The notes beneath the pieces are model-generated. The model did not search any database, was not told where the DNA came from, and saw only the letters and a list, made by a program, of their open reading frames with translations. Position numbers and translations under genes: made by a program. A stretch of 62,948 nucleotides of DNA, filler included, from Dicyema japonicum (Eukaryota; Animalia; Dicyemida), in NCBI GenBank assembly GCA_011109175.1. It is 9 parts of 9 records of this genome, joined end to end, with 100 filler letters (N's around TTAATTAATTAA, not from the genome) between each part and the next. Parts side by side here need not be neighbours in the genome. Positions count along the whole stretch, not along the records: positions 24,365 to 27,673 come from RDEW01000046.1; positions 27,774 to 36,207 come from RDEW01000205.1; positions 36,308 to 51,521 come from RDEW01000183.1; 6 more parts are not named here. One strand, written 5' to 3'. Positions 26,830 through 40,179 of the stretch are shown here, piece after piece. Positions within the stretch are counted from its first letter, which is position 1. The number at the start of each line of letters is the position of its first letter.

Positions 26830-27673
26830 ATGACCCTATCTCTATGTGGATATGAATTATTAATTATTTTAATAAGTCATGTAATTCTATATCAATTGGT
26901 TTATACTAATTTGGACTTTAATCATTCAAACTATGTTGAAGATATATGTCCTCTTTTATTTTCAAAAAAATTAAATTCGATTACTTGGAGAGCAGAAAAC
27001 AAATCATTTCTCTCTGCTTATATAACAGTAACATATATGATCAATAATACAGTTTGTAATTTTCTATTAATATTAGACTATGAATTTTACGTTTAATAAA
27101 AACAATTCCGAATTGCATAGTCTTCCAGTACATGACAAAGTTGCTCTAATGTTAACAGCGAAATATATTGAATCATCTTTACAATTAAATTTTCGCTTAG
27201 AATCTAATGAACAATATTACCTTGACACGATATTACTTTAGATTTGTAATTATTATTATTCATTCTTAGATGGTGATGCTTATATGATGACAATTGATAA
27301 ACAATTGATTAATATTCAAAATTCTTATTATTGTCAAGTTATTTTTAATAAGTTTTCTCCTTATGTTTTTCTAGCTTTTTTTGTTTAAAAACCAAAATAA
27401 ACAATAATGGAAGAAATTTTCCATTTTTTTCAAGTAGTTTTTTATTTATATATTTTAGTAACAAGTTGCATAAATAACACTATTGAAACAACAGTCTCTC
27501 CACATATTACTACAACTAAAATTAAAAATGAGTCAACTCAAATGATAACTCTAAATATTACTAGAACTGAAATTAAAAATGAGTCAACTCAAAAGATAAC
27601 TCTAAATATCACTAGACCTGAAATTAAAAATGAGTCAACTCAAGTGATAACTCCAAATATTACTAGAACTGAA
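26830..27673 (+). CDS. Secreted or membrane glycoprotein, LAMP/mucin-like; one in-frame TAG; runs into a gap
   Basis: Introns 27052-27076, 27246-27269, 27352-27374 and 27434-27458 (23-25 nt) give one frame: hydrophobic N-terminus, Cys-containing domain with SYYC, then Thr-rich repeats. TAG at 27239-27241. The family call is tentative. Confidence 0.6.
27519..27673 (+). repeat. 51-bp coding tandem repeat (IKNESTQxITLNITRTE), at least 3 copies
   Basis: Directly visible; two N-glycosylation sequons per unit. Confidence 0.9.
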
Positions 27674-27949
27674 NNNNNNNNNNNNNNNNNNNNNNNNNNN
27701 NNNNNNNNNNNNNNNNNTTAATTAATTAANNNNNNNNNNNNNNNNNNNNNNNNNNNNNNNNNNNNNNNNNNNNAATTTATAATTAAAAATAAATTAAAAT
27801 AAAAATTAATCATAACCTTAAAAGTTTTTAATGAAACCATAAACTTAAGTCTTTCCGTTATGTGGTCCACCAATTCAAAAAATTCAAAAGGATTTGGCAA
27901 CACCCAGAGGGCTTCTAATGCCCTCCTGAAAGACCATTAGACCCTTTCT

Positions 27950-28800
27950 TCCCGGGGTCACTATCGACCAAAAAAAGTCTAAACATTCCCGGAGAAAACC
28001 TTCATCCCACTGTCGAGAAGTGAAATTTACTGCTCTCCAATTGAACATCAACCGAATTAAAGGAAAGGTCAAAGAACTCCGTTCAATGCTGGAAAAATCA
28101 GAAGATCGACGTGGTCATGATTCAAGAAACTTAACACCGCATTAATGATTCCACTACTTTATTCCTTGGATACGAGGCTATCAGGATGGACCGTAAAATG
28201 AGACGATGGGGTTGACTACTTACTCTACTCAAATAGAACCTGAAGTGCAGAGATATTACTTCGGAGGTGAGGAAACTTTTTGGAAACGAAGAGGTTACTG
28301 AGGCAATTGGAATCTCTTGTTGGAAAAGAAATGCCTAACAGGTCTGTAAAAAATTGGACATCACTCTATACTTAAAACGCTCTACTACAGTACATTGAAC
28401 CATGTAGTTCATATGAGTGTACTTAATAAAACACTGGCCTTTTATACAAAGACTCAGAAAATCTTCACAACTCAGAAAAGGGCCTTCAAATTAACTGAAA
28501 GATTGTATACAGAGGAAAATGTCAAATCACAGACGTCCTTAGTTTGTCCTTCCAAACCAGTTCGTTAACCAAAAAATCCTCAACTTCTTGTATCTCTACT
28601 GTCCGATGGATCCCTCAAATCAAATCCTTCAAAATTCTTGCTAGGAGTGTCTTTTTAAACTGGATTTCAAGGATTTGAGTGAACGGAACAACCTAGAGTT
28701 AATTATTCAAAAAACTTCTCAAAAATCATCTCTCTAAAGACATCCCCGCTAAAATACATTCCGAACTACACATTAGTTACGATTTGGCAGATCCAAGTTC
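27950..28800 (+). mobile_element. Non-LTR fragments (APE N-terminus, then RT 3' remnant)
   Basis: ALQLNINRIKGKVKELR, MIQET, IPGYEAIRMDR; downstream LDITLYLK segment. Confidence 0.65.
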
Positions 28801-29469
28801 GTGTAAGACGGACCTTCAATGAGGTTCTGGAGCTCGTGGCGTAGATGTTGTGCGCATTTCATTCTCAAATTGAGCTTAGTGTGATTCAAGCTGTCGCTGT
28901 GTATCTGTAAGTTTGTGGAGAAGGATCCAGTTCTGTTTGGTGTTGTTATGGAGTATTCGATAAGGGTTACCCGAATTGGTGTTCTAGAAAGGGGATATGG
29001 TTGGTTTTTATTATTGTGTGCTTCGTTTTACTGTGTTTTTTATGGGTTGGGAAGATTAGTATTCTCATCATCAGGGATTGTTTTGACCAGTTTCGGATTT
29101 TTTCAAAAAAGTTGCATAAACCCTTCAGGTCAAAATATTTTATTATTTGGCTCTATTTTGGTTTATATTGCACTATTCGCAGTAAAATGAAGATGTTCCT
29201 TATAGAGTCTATAGTCTCATCATCGTTCTCATCTGTTAGAACATTTTCCTCTTCAATATGAGAGTATTCGTGTGTGAGTAAAGCTAATAGTTTAAGACCT
29301 TATATGATTAATTAGGATAATGCTTACGTCGTTCTGTATAAATCTGATGAAAACTGTCCGTTCTTTGACACCTATCAAAGTCGATTCCTTCTCTCATCGT
29401 TATTTGAATTGAAATTATTCTTTCAGAGATAATAGTTGTGTGATTCAGCTGTCCAACCAGGATATTAAT

Positions 29470-30398
29470 TAAATCATAATAAATTTGAATTAATTAACAC
29501 AATTTATATCTGAAAAAAACATCAAGTTAGTAAAATGTATTTTTAACTCCGCATGTTCCAAGTACATTGTACTCGTTTTTAATGGCACTGCAGCCTGAAA
29601 TAACATTATTAATTACGTGATTCACATGTCTTCCTGTAGTTTTCTTCTAAATATATTACTTTCGAACACATACAATTTAATATTTTTGAAATATTCCATA
29701 CAAATTACATCTTCATATCTATACTAAATATAATATCATACGCCTCTGGATAATTGAATATATCAATGCAAACGATAGCACTATATTATTATTAAAAATA
29801 CACTTGTAAATGTACACGGTTGGAATAACTTTAAAAAATTGAATGACATTTATTCCTAGAGGAAAGGATCTACATTAATTACAAAAAAACTACATTTCGA
29901 AAGCATTGATAAATTTTCCGCAAATTCGATCGATATAAATTTGAGAGAATTACAGTATTCAAAAATTCTATAAGTTTAAAAAAATATGTAACAAGTTCTT
30001 AATAGTAGGTGGGAATGTTTGTTGTCTACAGTTTTCAAACTTTGATCATTACACATCGACTATGAATAATTAATAATAATTACAAGCTTTTAACTTCATT
30101 CCCAATAATGAAAAGTGACATCAGGTTCAAATTAATATTTTGAACAATTAATGCAAATACATAAAATTCAGGTAGGCCAGTTATCGAAATGTACAATTAA
30201 TCCAATATCTTAATAATTTATATTTAATACAGATTTGTTCTATTACTGTTAATTCGTTTGCAAATATTCTGTGATGTCAAAATATCAAAAGACAAGTTTA
30301 ACACGAGAAAAGTAAACATCTATGAGATTAAATACCAAAATAATAAATATACGATAACCACAAGAAATAAAAATTACTACATGAAATACAGTCGTCAT
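29470..30398 (-). pseudogene. Extracellular leucine-rich-repeat gene with tiny introns, disrupted
   Basis: Exonic pieces INCTFR*LAYL, NLMSLFIIGNEVKS, FPPTIKNLIFEYCNSLKFI, MSFNFLKLFQPCTF and LNCMC, separated by ~22-25 nt GT-AG introns; several stops. Confidence 0.5.
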
Positions 30399-31769
30399 AA
30401 TTAATAATAATTTTATTAAATAAAGTGTTGGATTAAATAAAAAAATTAAAAAATAATTTAATTAAATTCACACAATTTACATGGTTTTCCGATTTGTTTA
30501 ATAATTTACCATAAAGTTTAATAAATTTGTCAAAAATGTTTAATAACTTTTTTTTAATGTTTAGTAACCTTATCAAAATGTTTAAAAATTGTGTCAAAAA
30601 GTTTAATACCTTTTGAATAATGTTTAATTACAGGTCAATTTGCCAAAATTAAATTTTAAGTGAATCTGAAGAGAGACTACGCACATTGACTCTTCGAAGT
30701 TGACTCACAATAACCAATAATTTTGTTGTCTATCTGGAAGCTGCTTTTCGTAATTTGAGAGCTAAAAATTGTCCTACTTTTATATAGGAATTAAGATATG
30801 CGGAAGACCTAGATTTTGGTTTTAGAATTATGATGATATCTAATTCTTTTTCAGACAAGAGTACTGCAGGGTAAATGAAATTATTTTTTTCAGACAATAG
30901 TTCTGCAAGTAATTTAATTTGTCTTATTTTGGAGGATTAGACGTGAAGTTAACACAAAGCTGTATGAAGTAGTTAGTCTGAGTATGATGGGAAAATCTTT
31001 TGCCTTCTTAGAATCAAATAGATGATATTGTTCTATTAACAATGACCAACATTCGCTCTCTCGAATTGATTTTATGTGAAATATTAAAAAATCGAATAAG
31101 GTAATTGTTTGACAAAAATAAATTAATTGTGCAATTTTGGCTACATATTGATCTATTAGGACTAAAAGATTTTTAACCTCCGATGTTCTTTTCTACTTGA
31201 AAGTAAAAATAGGTCATATTTCTCATTGACCGTAAAATTAGGTCAACCGTTAAAGTAAGTTTAATTATATATTTGATGACTATATATGCTATTAGTATCT
31301 TAATATTATTCGCAACTAAATGTGGATGCCATTTTTATTCTGACTTTACCACTTCTCTTATTTCTGGATCTGTGGACGATTAGAGGACATTTTCTTAATG
31401 ATCTAAATGACCGAATTAATCTGAAATCAAATTAAGATATGTTTTTGAAAAAAAAAGTTCCTTGAGACAATATGATGCTGGAGGTCAGCTTCAAGACGAC
31501 TAGAAATTAATCAACAAATGCTTGGTTGAATGTTTATCAATGTGGTAAAATTGGAAACGTTCTGACGACGAGACAGCTAACAAATGCAACTGCTATTCCT
31601 TTTACTGGTTATGTTTTCACCAAAAAGTTAATACATATTTTTTCAAATATTAGTTGAAATAAAATGAAAAAAGTTAGCGACGTTTATGCTGAAGCATGCC
31701 GGAGGAACGTTAAGAAATTTGCTTGCGCTTAACAATGAATTCTTGTTTGATCATTAAAACTTTCGACTA

Positions 31770-31972
31770 TTTTTATTATTTATTAACCCTGGAAACACCG
31801 AGAAAGAAGTTAAAGTAACAACTAATTAAATGTATCAGTTTCTACAGAAACAGAGTCCATTTGGAATCAACATAAAAGGTAAAAAACGTCCATACTTGCA
31901 GTTGTGGAATCTTCTCCAGTGGAGTGGGGGAGAGCAAATGATCCTTTTTCTTGCCAGCCGGCACTGGGCGAT
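31770..31972 (-). mobile_element. SINE-like family 2 copy
   Basis: cgcccagtgccggctggcaagaaaaaggatcatttgctc...ctcggtgtttccagggttaataa aligns with 11949-12150. Confidence 0.78.
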
Positions 31973-32789
31973 CTATTGTTTATTTTACTATAAACGTCAC
32001 AATCCAAAGAGTGAACTACTCATAAGATTAAAGGGGTAACTTCCATTGCGTGTTCAAAGTCTGCAGACCCTAATGGAAAGCTTGAAATAACAACTAACTT
32101 AGAATTCAATGGCTCTCTAGATTCATCAGTGACTGTCATACTGTCTGTTGGTTGGGAGTCTTTAGAGATTAAATTTGCCATGATTGACAGTTTATTTATT
32201 ACACTAAGAAACAATCAATCTAATTCATAAAGTACCCCCTTGACAGTTACCCCATTGACTAACTAACCAGGAGCTCAAATAATAAACAGCGTTCACAGAA
32301 ATCTTCTGTGTGTGATTAATGTAATTTAATCTTGATAATGTTTGATATTCGAGTTAAGTTAACACAACCGTATTTAAACATCTTCGCCGAGTGGACAAAA
32401 AATCATATATTTGAATGTCATGAATTATAACAACGTTTGTCTAAATTGCCAGGACTGACCAATCTATGGTAGCGACCGGAATTTACTGCGTCTTATTAAA
32501 TAGCTGCAGGGCTCCTACAAGTTTGTGAGGCCGTAGTTAGATTATATAACCATATTATCATGTATTTGACGATTAGAAAGCGTGTCGCTTTTGCAAACAA
32601 AAAGTGACAGACAATCAGGGATAATCGATATTGTCAAATTTTATTAATAGATCTATGTTATTTGGATATTATTTATCCGAATTATTCTATTTCTGTCACA
32701 CTGACAAGCAAGTTAATGGTTTCTGTTGAATGTTTTCGATAAAAAATTAATTCTTATATTCCTTCCTTTGAGATTAAAAAAATTCGATT

Positions 32790-33010
32790 GAGCAAATGAG
32801 TAAAACCTTTGATATGGTTTGCTACTTGCCCCTCCAACATTGTCGGAGCGCGGTACATTGTCTAAGCAGGAAAGCGCTTCGTTTCCAAAAGAAATTTGGA
32901 CGCATTGCTACACTAAAAAGCTACAACGTACTTGAGACTCTAGTTGATCTCTGCTGTGATCGCGAGAGGCAACGCAACGTCGATTATGTAGGCGGGGATC
33001 GTTTTTGATT
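32790..33010 (+). mobile_element. CRE-like 3' end fragment
   Basis: ISAVIARGNATSIM-type terminal motif; DNA similar to 56570-56660 and 61680-61745. Confidence 0.55.
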
Positions 33011-33699
33011 GATTTTTGTGTTTTTAAGCAAATTAAATTAATTGTACAAAAAACACAGTCATAACCAGAATGCTAATTCTTCTGAATGATTGTATTTTTT
33101 CAGTTTCACGTTTTCTACACTAAGAATTTGGATATTACTTCAACCATAAATCTCCCATTTTTGTTAAATAAACTGGCCATGTTTATTATCCTTTGATTAC
33201 ATTCATTTTACATAAGCTGTCAGGTATAATCATCTCATTATAAAATCAGAGTTTTCTTCAGTTTTGTCTCACTCTAAGTACCAAACTCTTGAAAACGGGA
33301 TATAAAATTCCAAACACTTCATTGAATTACCTTACATAATCTCCAAATTATGAATCTTCGCCCTACTAGTGTTCCAGCTCTTCCAATTACAGCGATTACG
33401 CAGTTTACCGAAGTATCTGAAGAACAAATTTTTGTCTCGGAACAAAACAAATTCCATTCTCGCGCCAATGCTTACTGTATATTGCTAGCTGGTGTCTGAT
33501 TTGTCTCTTTTGTTTATTAATGATTTTGATATTTTTATTTATTAATTTCGCTACCAAACTAACTATAGTCCGATCCCATCACTCAATAACAGGCCGATGC
33601 TCCTTTCTTGAACCCACACAATTATTATTATAGGCAACTATTGTAGAAACATAATTGTTGTATTTCCCCACGTGCGGCACTTAAAACGATTTTTCGGAT

Positions 33700-34060
33700 G
33701 AATCTTGTCCACCCTCTCCTGTTACAGGCCAAACCTCTCATAGCATCCAGATCCTTCCCACTTACGAGCCTCTAGTTGATTGATAAGATCTTCATCCAGC
33801 ACTCTCCAGGTAGCGTAGTACGCAGGCACCCCGATATGTCTTTCCAGTTGCAGCGAAATATTCCTCCATTGCCAAATTTGCAGTGATGTGGGGTCCATCT
33901 GTAGGATGTGTCCAAACAGTCTCCATCGGGTCTCCACGACATCCCAACTCACAGGTCTCGTTGAGCACTTTCGGTATAGTGCCTCACTGTTGATCCGTAT
34001 CGGCCATTGTATCCTGCCTATTATTCGTAATTTCCTTCGGTGGAAGGAGTTAGATTTTTA
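33700..34060 (-). mobile_element. RTE-like 3' end
   Basis: WPIRINSEALY, RWRLFGHILQM. Confidence 0.85.
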
Positions 34061-34219
34061 GTTTCGAGACCTAGGTTCCGCAGTAGGAAGAATATAATAG
34101 CAGGACCGGCTTCACGAAAGCATTGCAGAGGCGAAAACGAAGTACGATCGTTCCGGTCTGTTAGACAATCAATCCGTCTTCATCCTGTTATTTTGACCTC
34201 GATAGTACTTTCTTCCGGT

Positions 34220-35700
34220 TAAATTAAATTATTAACCCCGGCTTCGCCAGCAAGTGGGAAGCCGGCGACCATCAGAGAGCGTGCAGTCCGGACAGGCCGC
34301 TCCCAGAGATCCTCGACTTTTGCATCCGGTGTCCAGGGCAGAGAAAAAGGTCCCGAACTACTCTGCCAGCCAGAAAAGGGTGGTGTCCACATCGTAGGCG
34401 AGCCAGTCCGATTCTGATCTTCCTCGGGAGCGATTGTTCCGTTGGACTGATATCAGGGGGGAAGCGCTCCAAGACTTTGTTATATTGAAGTGTCCTAATG
34501 GCCCGTGTTGAGATGAAATCATGGATTCGGCGGGTCAAGTTGAGTCTTCTTGAGGGGGGGTGATCTTCGACAAGGCTCTTTGTAGGTCAAAGAGGGTCCT
34601 GCGTATGTATCTGCGGTTATTGTTACTTAGCAGAGCGTGAACTGGGTGATTCGGGTCGAACGACTGCCGTAGAAATTGTAAATTACGCATTTCCAGGTGG
34701 TCATAGAGTGGGAGGATTTTCGACTCCCAATGTAAGTGGTCGGTGGGGGTTGACTTTAAGCAGCCAGTTATTATTCTCAGCGCCGAGTTTTGCACTTTCT
34801 GCAGTTCTTGAGAAAGGGACAAGGAGATTGAGGGGGCCCAACTTGGTGAAACATAGTTGAGTGTAGTCCTGATGAACTGTTGTAGAGAAGAGTTAAGTTT
34901 TCTTTTTGCTGACCGTTTGAGTGGCCAGTTACTGCCCGTAATATGTTAAGTTTCCGCTTGGCTTTTGTCATTACTTCCTCCACTTGTCTGTTGAAACAGA
35001 GTGAAGGATCGAAGACAACTCCAAGGATCTTCGGGTATTTATTTAAGGGAGTGGTTCGTCTCCCAACGAGAGTGTGGGGTTTAGGTTGAATTGTCTTCGA
35101 TCGGCTGTGAACAGGGTAGCTGATGACTTCGAGGTGGAAACACTCATCCAGTTTAAGTTCATCCAGTCGGATAGCAAGTTCAGGTGGTACTGCACTTTTT
35201 CGGTGGCCAGTCGAACATCGCCACTCCTGGATGCGATTACTAGATCATCGGCATATGTCAATAGTAACGTATTTTGGGTTGTTGGGATGTCTTTGACGTA
35301 AAGGTTGAAAAGTGAGGGTGAAAGGACTGATCCCTGGGGAACACCGTTTGGTAGGAGTCGATATCTTGATAGATTTGAATATAGACACGTATGACCCAGT
35401 CTTCCCGAGAGAAAATTTGTGAGCCATGACTTCCATACAGAGGGAATATTTGACGAATAGATCTTGTTGCAGAGGACCACACGGGAGATTCTGTCGAAAG
35501 CTTTAGTTAGGTCAATAGAGGCCAAGACAGTTCGTTCCGGGGGTTTGCAGTTGTTGAAACCGTTGGAGATGTATTGGGTTAGTGTCAGTAAGTGCGTGGT
35601 GGTCGAGTGTAAAGGACGGAAACCATGTTGTGAGTCGGGGAGGTCGAGGTAGGGGGTGATTTCGTTAAGGATGATCCTTTCGAGGATTTTTGAGATAACA
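34220..35700 (-). mobile_element. 5'-truncated I-group/Ingi-like non-LTR retrotransposon, relatively young
   Basis: SQHGFRP, GFNNCKPPERTVLASIDLTKAFD, GVPQGSVLSP, YADD, LQKVQNSALRIITG, LARLRCGH; 3' stem-loop ccggcttc...gaagccgg then an AT tail. Confidence 0.93.
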
Positions 35701-36841
35701 ATACAAACAATAATATTTAAGAATATTAAATAAATAATAAAACATTGTTCTTTTTAAATAATATTGCTAATTTAATTTTATCTGGAAAATTATTAAGTAA
35801 TTTTAAAATGACTCTTGCTGACGTGTAACTAAAGGTTTATGACTTTAATTACATATAGCTTTTCAATAACATCAAGGACATTTCAAGTGAAGTCGTCAAG
35901 AATGTGATAATGTCATAAATAAAGTCAATCATCTCAATCAGCAGACACAAGTACATGAATATTAACGAAAGATGTTGACGTGCAGCTATATAACGCTGTT
36001 AATCAGTAGATATTTTCTCAGATTATAATTTCATCGGAAACGTACAGTTCTTGTTATTTCAGAGGGTTGAGAAGATTGAGAACTCCACTGTCTCTCAAGC
36101 CGAATATCCACCCGTACCTCCGTTCCTTATGTTCTAGGAAACTACGGAAATCGACGGTTCCGACAGACTCGGCTATTCTTGCAGTTCGCAATGCATGCAG
36201 TGGACCANNNNNNNNNNNNNNNNNNNNNNNNNNNNNNNNNNNNNNNNNNNNTTAATTAATTAANNNNNNNNNNNNNNNNNNNNNNNNNNNNNNNNNNNNN
36301 NNNNNNNTGAAAAGTATTTTTTTCTATCTTGTAAAGAAATTTATTGTTAATCTTTGTAAGCCATATTTTGAAAATTTCTCTTTTCATCCACGATTTTTTG
36401 ACGCTGCATATAAAATACCGAATTTTTCAATCCAAATCTATGTTAAATATAAGCAAACTTTTCATACAAGAGGTGATTTGTATTTTCCAATAACAAGGGG
36501 TCTTAATTTTTTTGGGTTCATCACAGAGAAAAAGAACTGTTACTCTTTCTTTAGTGACAAATCCTCAATCTTTTGCAAGTATGACAGTGTTACTAGAGAA
36601 ACCGGATCTACAGAGACACGCGGAGAAGATCTTTAGACTCAGAAAGAATATTCAATCAACGATGGACAGCACTGAGACATTTCAGGCATAATTGCAGGCC
36701 CCATATCAGCCAATAATCTAAAGGCTACATAAAATATGAAAAGCGGAGACATAAAAAGAATGCAAAACGTGAATTAAAAACTTAATTAAATGTTGTTTTT
36801 TATTTTATGGGGATGGTTTAAATATTTGAATTGTATAATAA

Positions 36842-37216
36842 ATGAATTTCATGGCGACTTTTCCGACAATACTTTATGAATTACATATTGATATATTATT
36901 GAGTGCAATGATGGAAGTAAATCCTCCATTTTTTGAACGATCTTTTGAAGAATTTGATGTAATTTGATGTACTTATATTAGTTTGTAGAATTTGATTGCT
37001 ATACAGATACATTTGGGTTTTTGTATTCGCCTGATTCAGATTCTACTGGGCTAAACAACGTATATTATGTAATGTTATATATAGGAAGAAAGTGAAGGAC
37101 CAGAAGAAAATGAAGAAAGTGAAGAACTTGAAGAGAGTGAAGAATTTGAAGAAAGTCTAGAATCCGAAGAAAATGATGAAAATGAAGATCCTGAAGAAAG
37201 TGAGAATACTCAATAA
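36842..37216 (+). CDS. Small highly acidic hypothetical protein (108 aa, 3 exons)
   Basis: Phase-0 introns at 36959-36981 (23 nt) and 37060-37084 (25 nt) give an intact ATG-to-TAA frame ending in a Glu-rich tail. Confidence 0.65.
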
Positions 37217-37409
37217 CATATATTACTTTTTTGTGAAAAACGTGGTTTATTGTATTTTATTCAAGCATTAAATAAAGAATTTATAGAAACTCATAAATTG
37301 TGTTACTTATTTATTACATTACATTACATAAATTAGTTTTTTAATTAAATTGATTTTTTTATTTGGAATGGATTTGTAAAAAATATATAAATTATAGAAA
37401 AAAAATAAA

Positions 37410-37830
37410 AATCTGAGTCGGTAGAAATTAAAGAGAAGCAAAAAAACCTTTGGTCACTTGGCAACCCGTGTGGGAAAATGCTCAACAGCGATTACGTTAG
37501 AAAACATAACAAAGTCGTGAGATTTATTCATTGCACCTCTGTAGGAAGTATGCAATCAGCAAAGTGAAAATATGAAAGGTTACTCAGTCCAGTCAATTAT
37601 ATCCGCACAGAATGTTAAGATAAGTGTCAATTCTTCAATAATTACAGATATAAAAATTTAGTGCAACGAGCACGATATATTCGTGTACAACAAGATTAGA
37701 AATTGCATTACTGAAGCAGCCGAAGTTGAGAAATGCCATAAATACGATCTTTTGGACGAGGAGTTGTCCGGCTAGTACAACGCTCAAGTCAAAATAATTC
37801 CATTGCGGATAACGAGCGGATAAGTCTTTA
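37410..37830 (+). mobile_element. R4/Dong-like non-LTR C-terminal (Zn knuckle/REL) remnant
   Basis: CGKMLNSDYVRKHNKVVRFIH, SVQSII, DIFVY, KCHKYDLL, VKIIP. Confidence 0.7.
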
Positions 37831-37849
37831 ACTATCACTGAGGCAACCA

Positions 37850-38720
37850 CAAAGTTGACGTAAAAATCAAAAATTGACCTCCAAAAAAGAGCAAAATTGA
37901 CAAAAATATTGACCTAAAAAATTTGTTTTTTAATTAATTTTTAAGCAATAATTTTTGTAGAAACATGAATTATATAGAATCATATAATATTGGACGTTCT
38001 CAGTTGTAACATTTCTTCATTTCGCCCAAATTTTCAAGAACTGAATACAAATGCTTCACTGAACACGTAGTGGGCTAAAATTGAAGGAATTTAAACTCTT
38101 CTAAGGCAAAAAATTCCAACAATAGGTTCTGAGGTAGTAATACCTCAGCAAATAGTTGCCTTCGACTACTATTTTTCAAAACCAAGTTTTTTATGGAGGC
38201 ATTTGAGTTATCCACTACAGGATAATTTAGTTTTATGCTTAACAAACAATTCTGAATCAAATGTGCAATATATGTTACTTGGAACGGGTTAGGATACAAA
38301 TTTTTTAGTTTTTTTCCGGCTGAAATTCTATACTTTCCGCTTCGGTTAATAACGAGTAAAAATTTTTTCCTCTCACATTTTGCATATCGAATCGTATCAT
38401 CCACAATCTGACATACAATTGGTGCATTCGGCGAAGAATTTAATGCTATACATTCGATAAGATTGCTGATTTACACAAATATTGCATAAATCACAATATA
38501 AAGCTCCACCATGAGTAATTGAAAAATCATTGGGAATTCTTTGAAAATTCTCGAGGCTTTCTAGTAGGTGGATTTTTTCAACTTAGGCATTAAAAAACGA
38601 TCGAGTAATAGACACCGTGGTCAAAAATTTAAGACGGAAAATTAAAAAATGACACAAAAATTGACAAAGTTGGCCTAAAAAATAGAAAAATTGACCAAGT
38701 TGACCTAAAAACTTTATAAT
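37850..38720 (-). mobile_element. hAT-like (DUF659-type) degenerate element with ttgacc subterminal repeats
   Basis: AGKKLKNLYP.PFQVT.IAHLIQNC; same family as 16940-17815. Confidence 0.75.
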
Positions 38721-39340
38721 AAAAGTTTTTTTAAATAAAAAGTATTTTTATAACAGAATGATTATTTTTTTGTTAAGTTTGCTTTATTGACTTTTGGATA
38801 CGCTAATTATCACATAAATAATATTTTCTGATTTCTTTATGTCAAATTTCTAATTAATGAATATTTTATAGTATAAATAATAAATAATTTGAATTTTTCA
38901 TTGGTTGTTGTGAATTATAACGACTAGAGAAGAATGAATTTTATGTCCACATTTCCAATAATCCTGGAAGATCTTGATATAGACCTATTAATACATGCCC
39001 TTGACAATATTAAGGAACCCGACAGAATCGACAGCCACGAGACTGCAAAAAACCTCAATGTAAGCAAAAATGACTTTCAGACGTAGGATTTCATGTCTCA
39101 GATCGGACCTACTGTTCCCCACCCATTCGGGAGTCTCCAGGACCATATTAGTGACGGAAATAATCGAACCACGAGTATTATACATTCAGAGTCTAATGGA
39201 GAATTAAGCACATAATTTTAGTTTTTTTTAATAATTTTAAATAAAATATTTAATTTTATTATTTATTATAAATTAATTATTTTATTTGAAATTATAAACG
39301 TGGTTTTGTGTTCTTGTGGTACATTTTTATTGTTACTAAA

Positions 39341-40040
39341 ATGGCCAAAAAACGACGTGTATTTTAATAAACTCATTTTATAGAGCAAACTAACTCGTAA
39401 GAATCGTGCCAAGACCAAAACAGAGGGTGAAACCAACTCTGCTTATCTTCCTCAGCTACCGCATGGTTGTTTTCTGTTGATAAAAACTTGAAAGGGCCGA
39501 CTGTCTCCTTTGATGTCGAAAGATTTGCTCTTTTGGAAAAACCTGGTCAAAGTCAGTCCGATCTGATCAAATCTCCACTTTTAATTATGAAAAACATGAA
39601 CAAAGTCGGTGATCGACCTGGAACATTAATTTCCCGCCTTTTTGAGGGTCTATTTCCCGCCAAAGAATTGGATTGTCTCAATTTACGACGTTGTGTTATT
39701 CTGTATTACAATAATGATATTTTTGAACTCAGACACTGATATTTTGGCGGGTTTTAAAAATTGGTAGTTCGATTCGGACGAACGAGGTGATCGGGGGTGT
39801 CGGGAAGGTCCTCGGGACACAATACATGCGATTTCTGGCGGGAAGTGTCCTCCAAATTTGTCAAACCTGACAGAAATATCTGATTTGGCGGACGAGGATC
39901 CAAAAGTGGACTTGAAAACATTGAAGAGGTCGACGGGAGTTGATTTGAGGAGATTGGTCCCCGATTGTCTCTTCGGTTGAGGAGGATTGAGACTGGACTG
40001 GCTGGAGGGGACAGGTTGTATTGTAAAGACACGTGAGACT
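39341..40040 (+). pseudogene. PPAN: Peter Pan/SSF1 Brix-domain gene, disabled
   Basis: GPTVSF.V..FAL, PLLIM, FEGLFP, LRRCVI...FELRH, EIGPRLSLRL.RIETG; 25-nt first intron at 39359-39383; internal deletion, frameshifts and stops. Confidence 0.8.
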
Positions 40041-40179
40041 TATTTTTTAATGAGATTTTACCTTTTTGTTGAGAAATATTGCTCCTTATTTTCATTTTTA
40101 GTGTTTTTGATATTTAAAATGATATTTTCCAGTATGATAGTAGGTTGAGTACCAAATATTGTAAAAAACGAAAAATAAA

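Noticed and set aside
27239-27241. TAA/TAG reassigned to Gln (ciliate-type code), suggested by in-frame TAR codons in the LAMP-like and LRR genes
   Set aside because: Every Gln I read in intact CBFB, MVB12 and the 48687 ORF uses CAA/CAG, and those genes end at TAA/TAG in sensible places.
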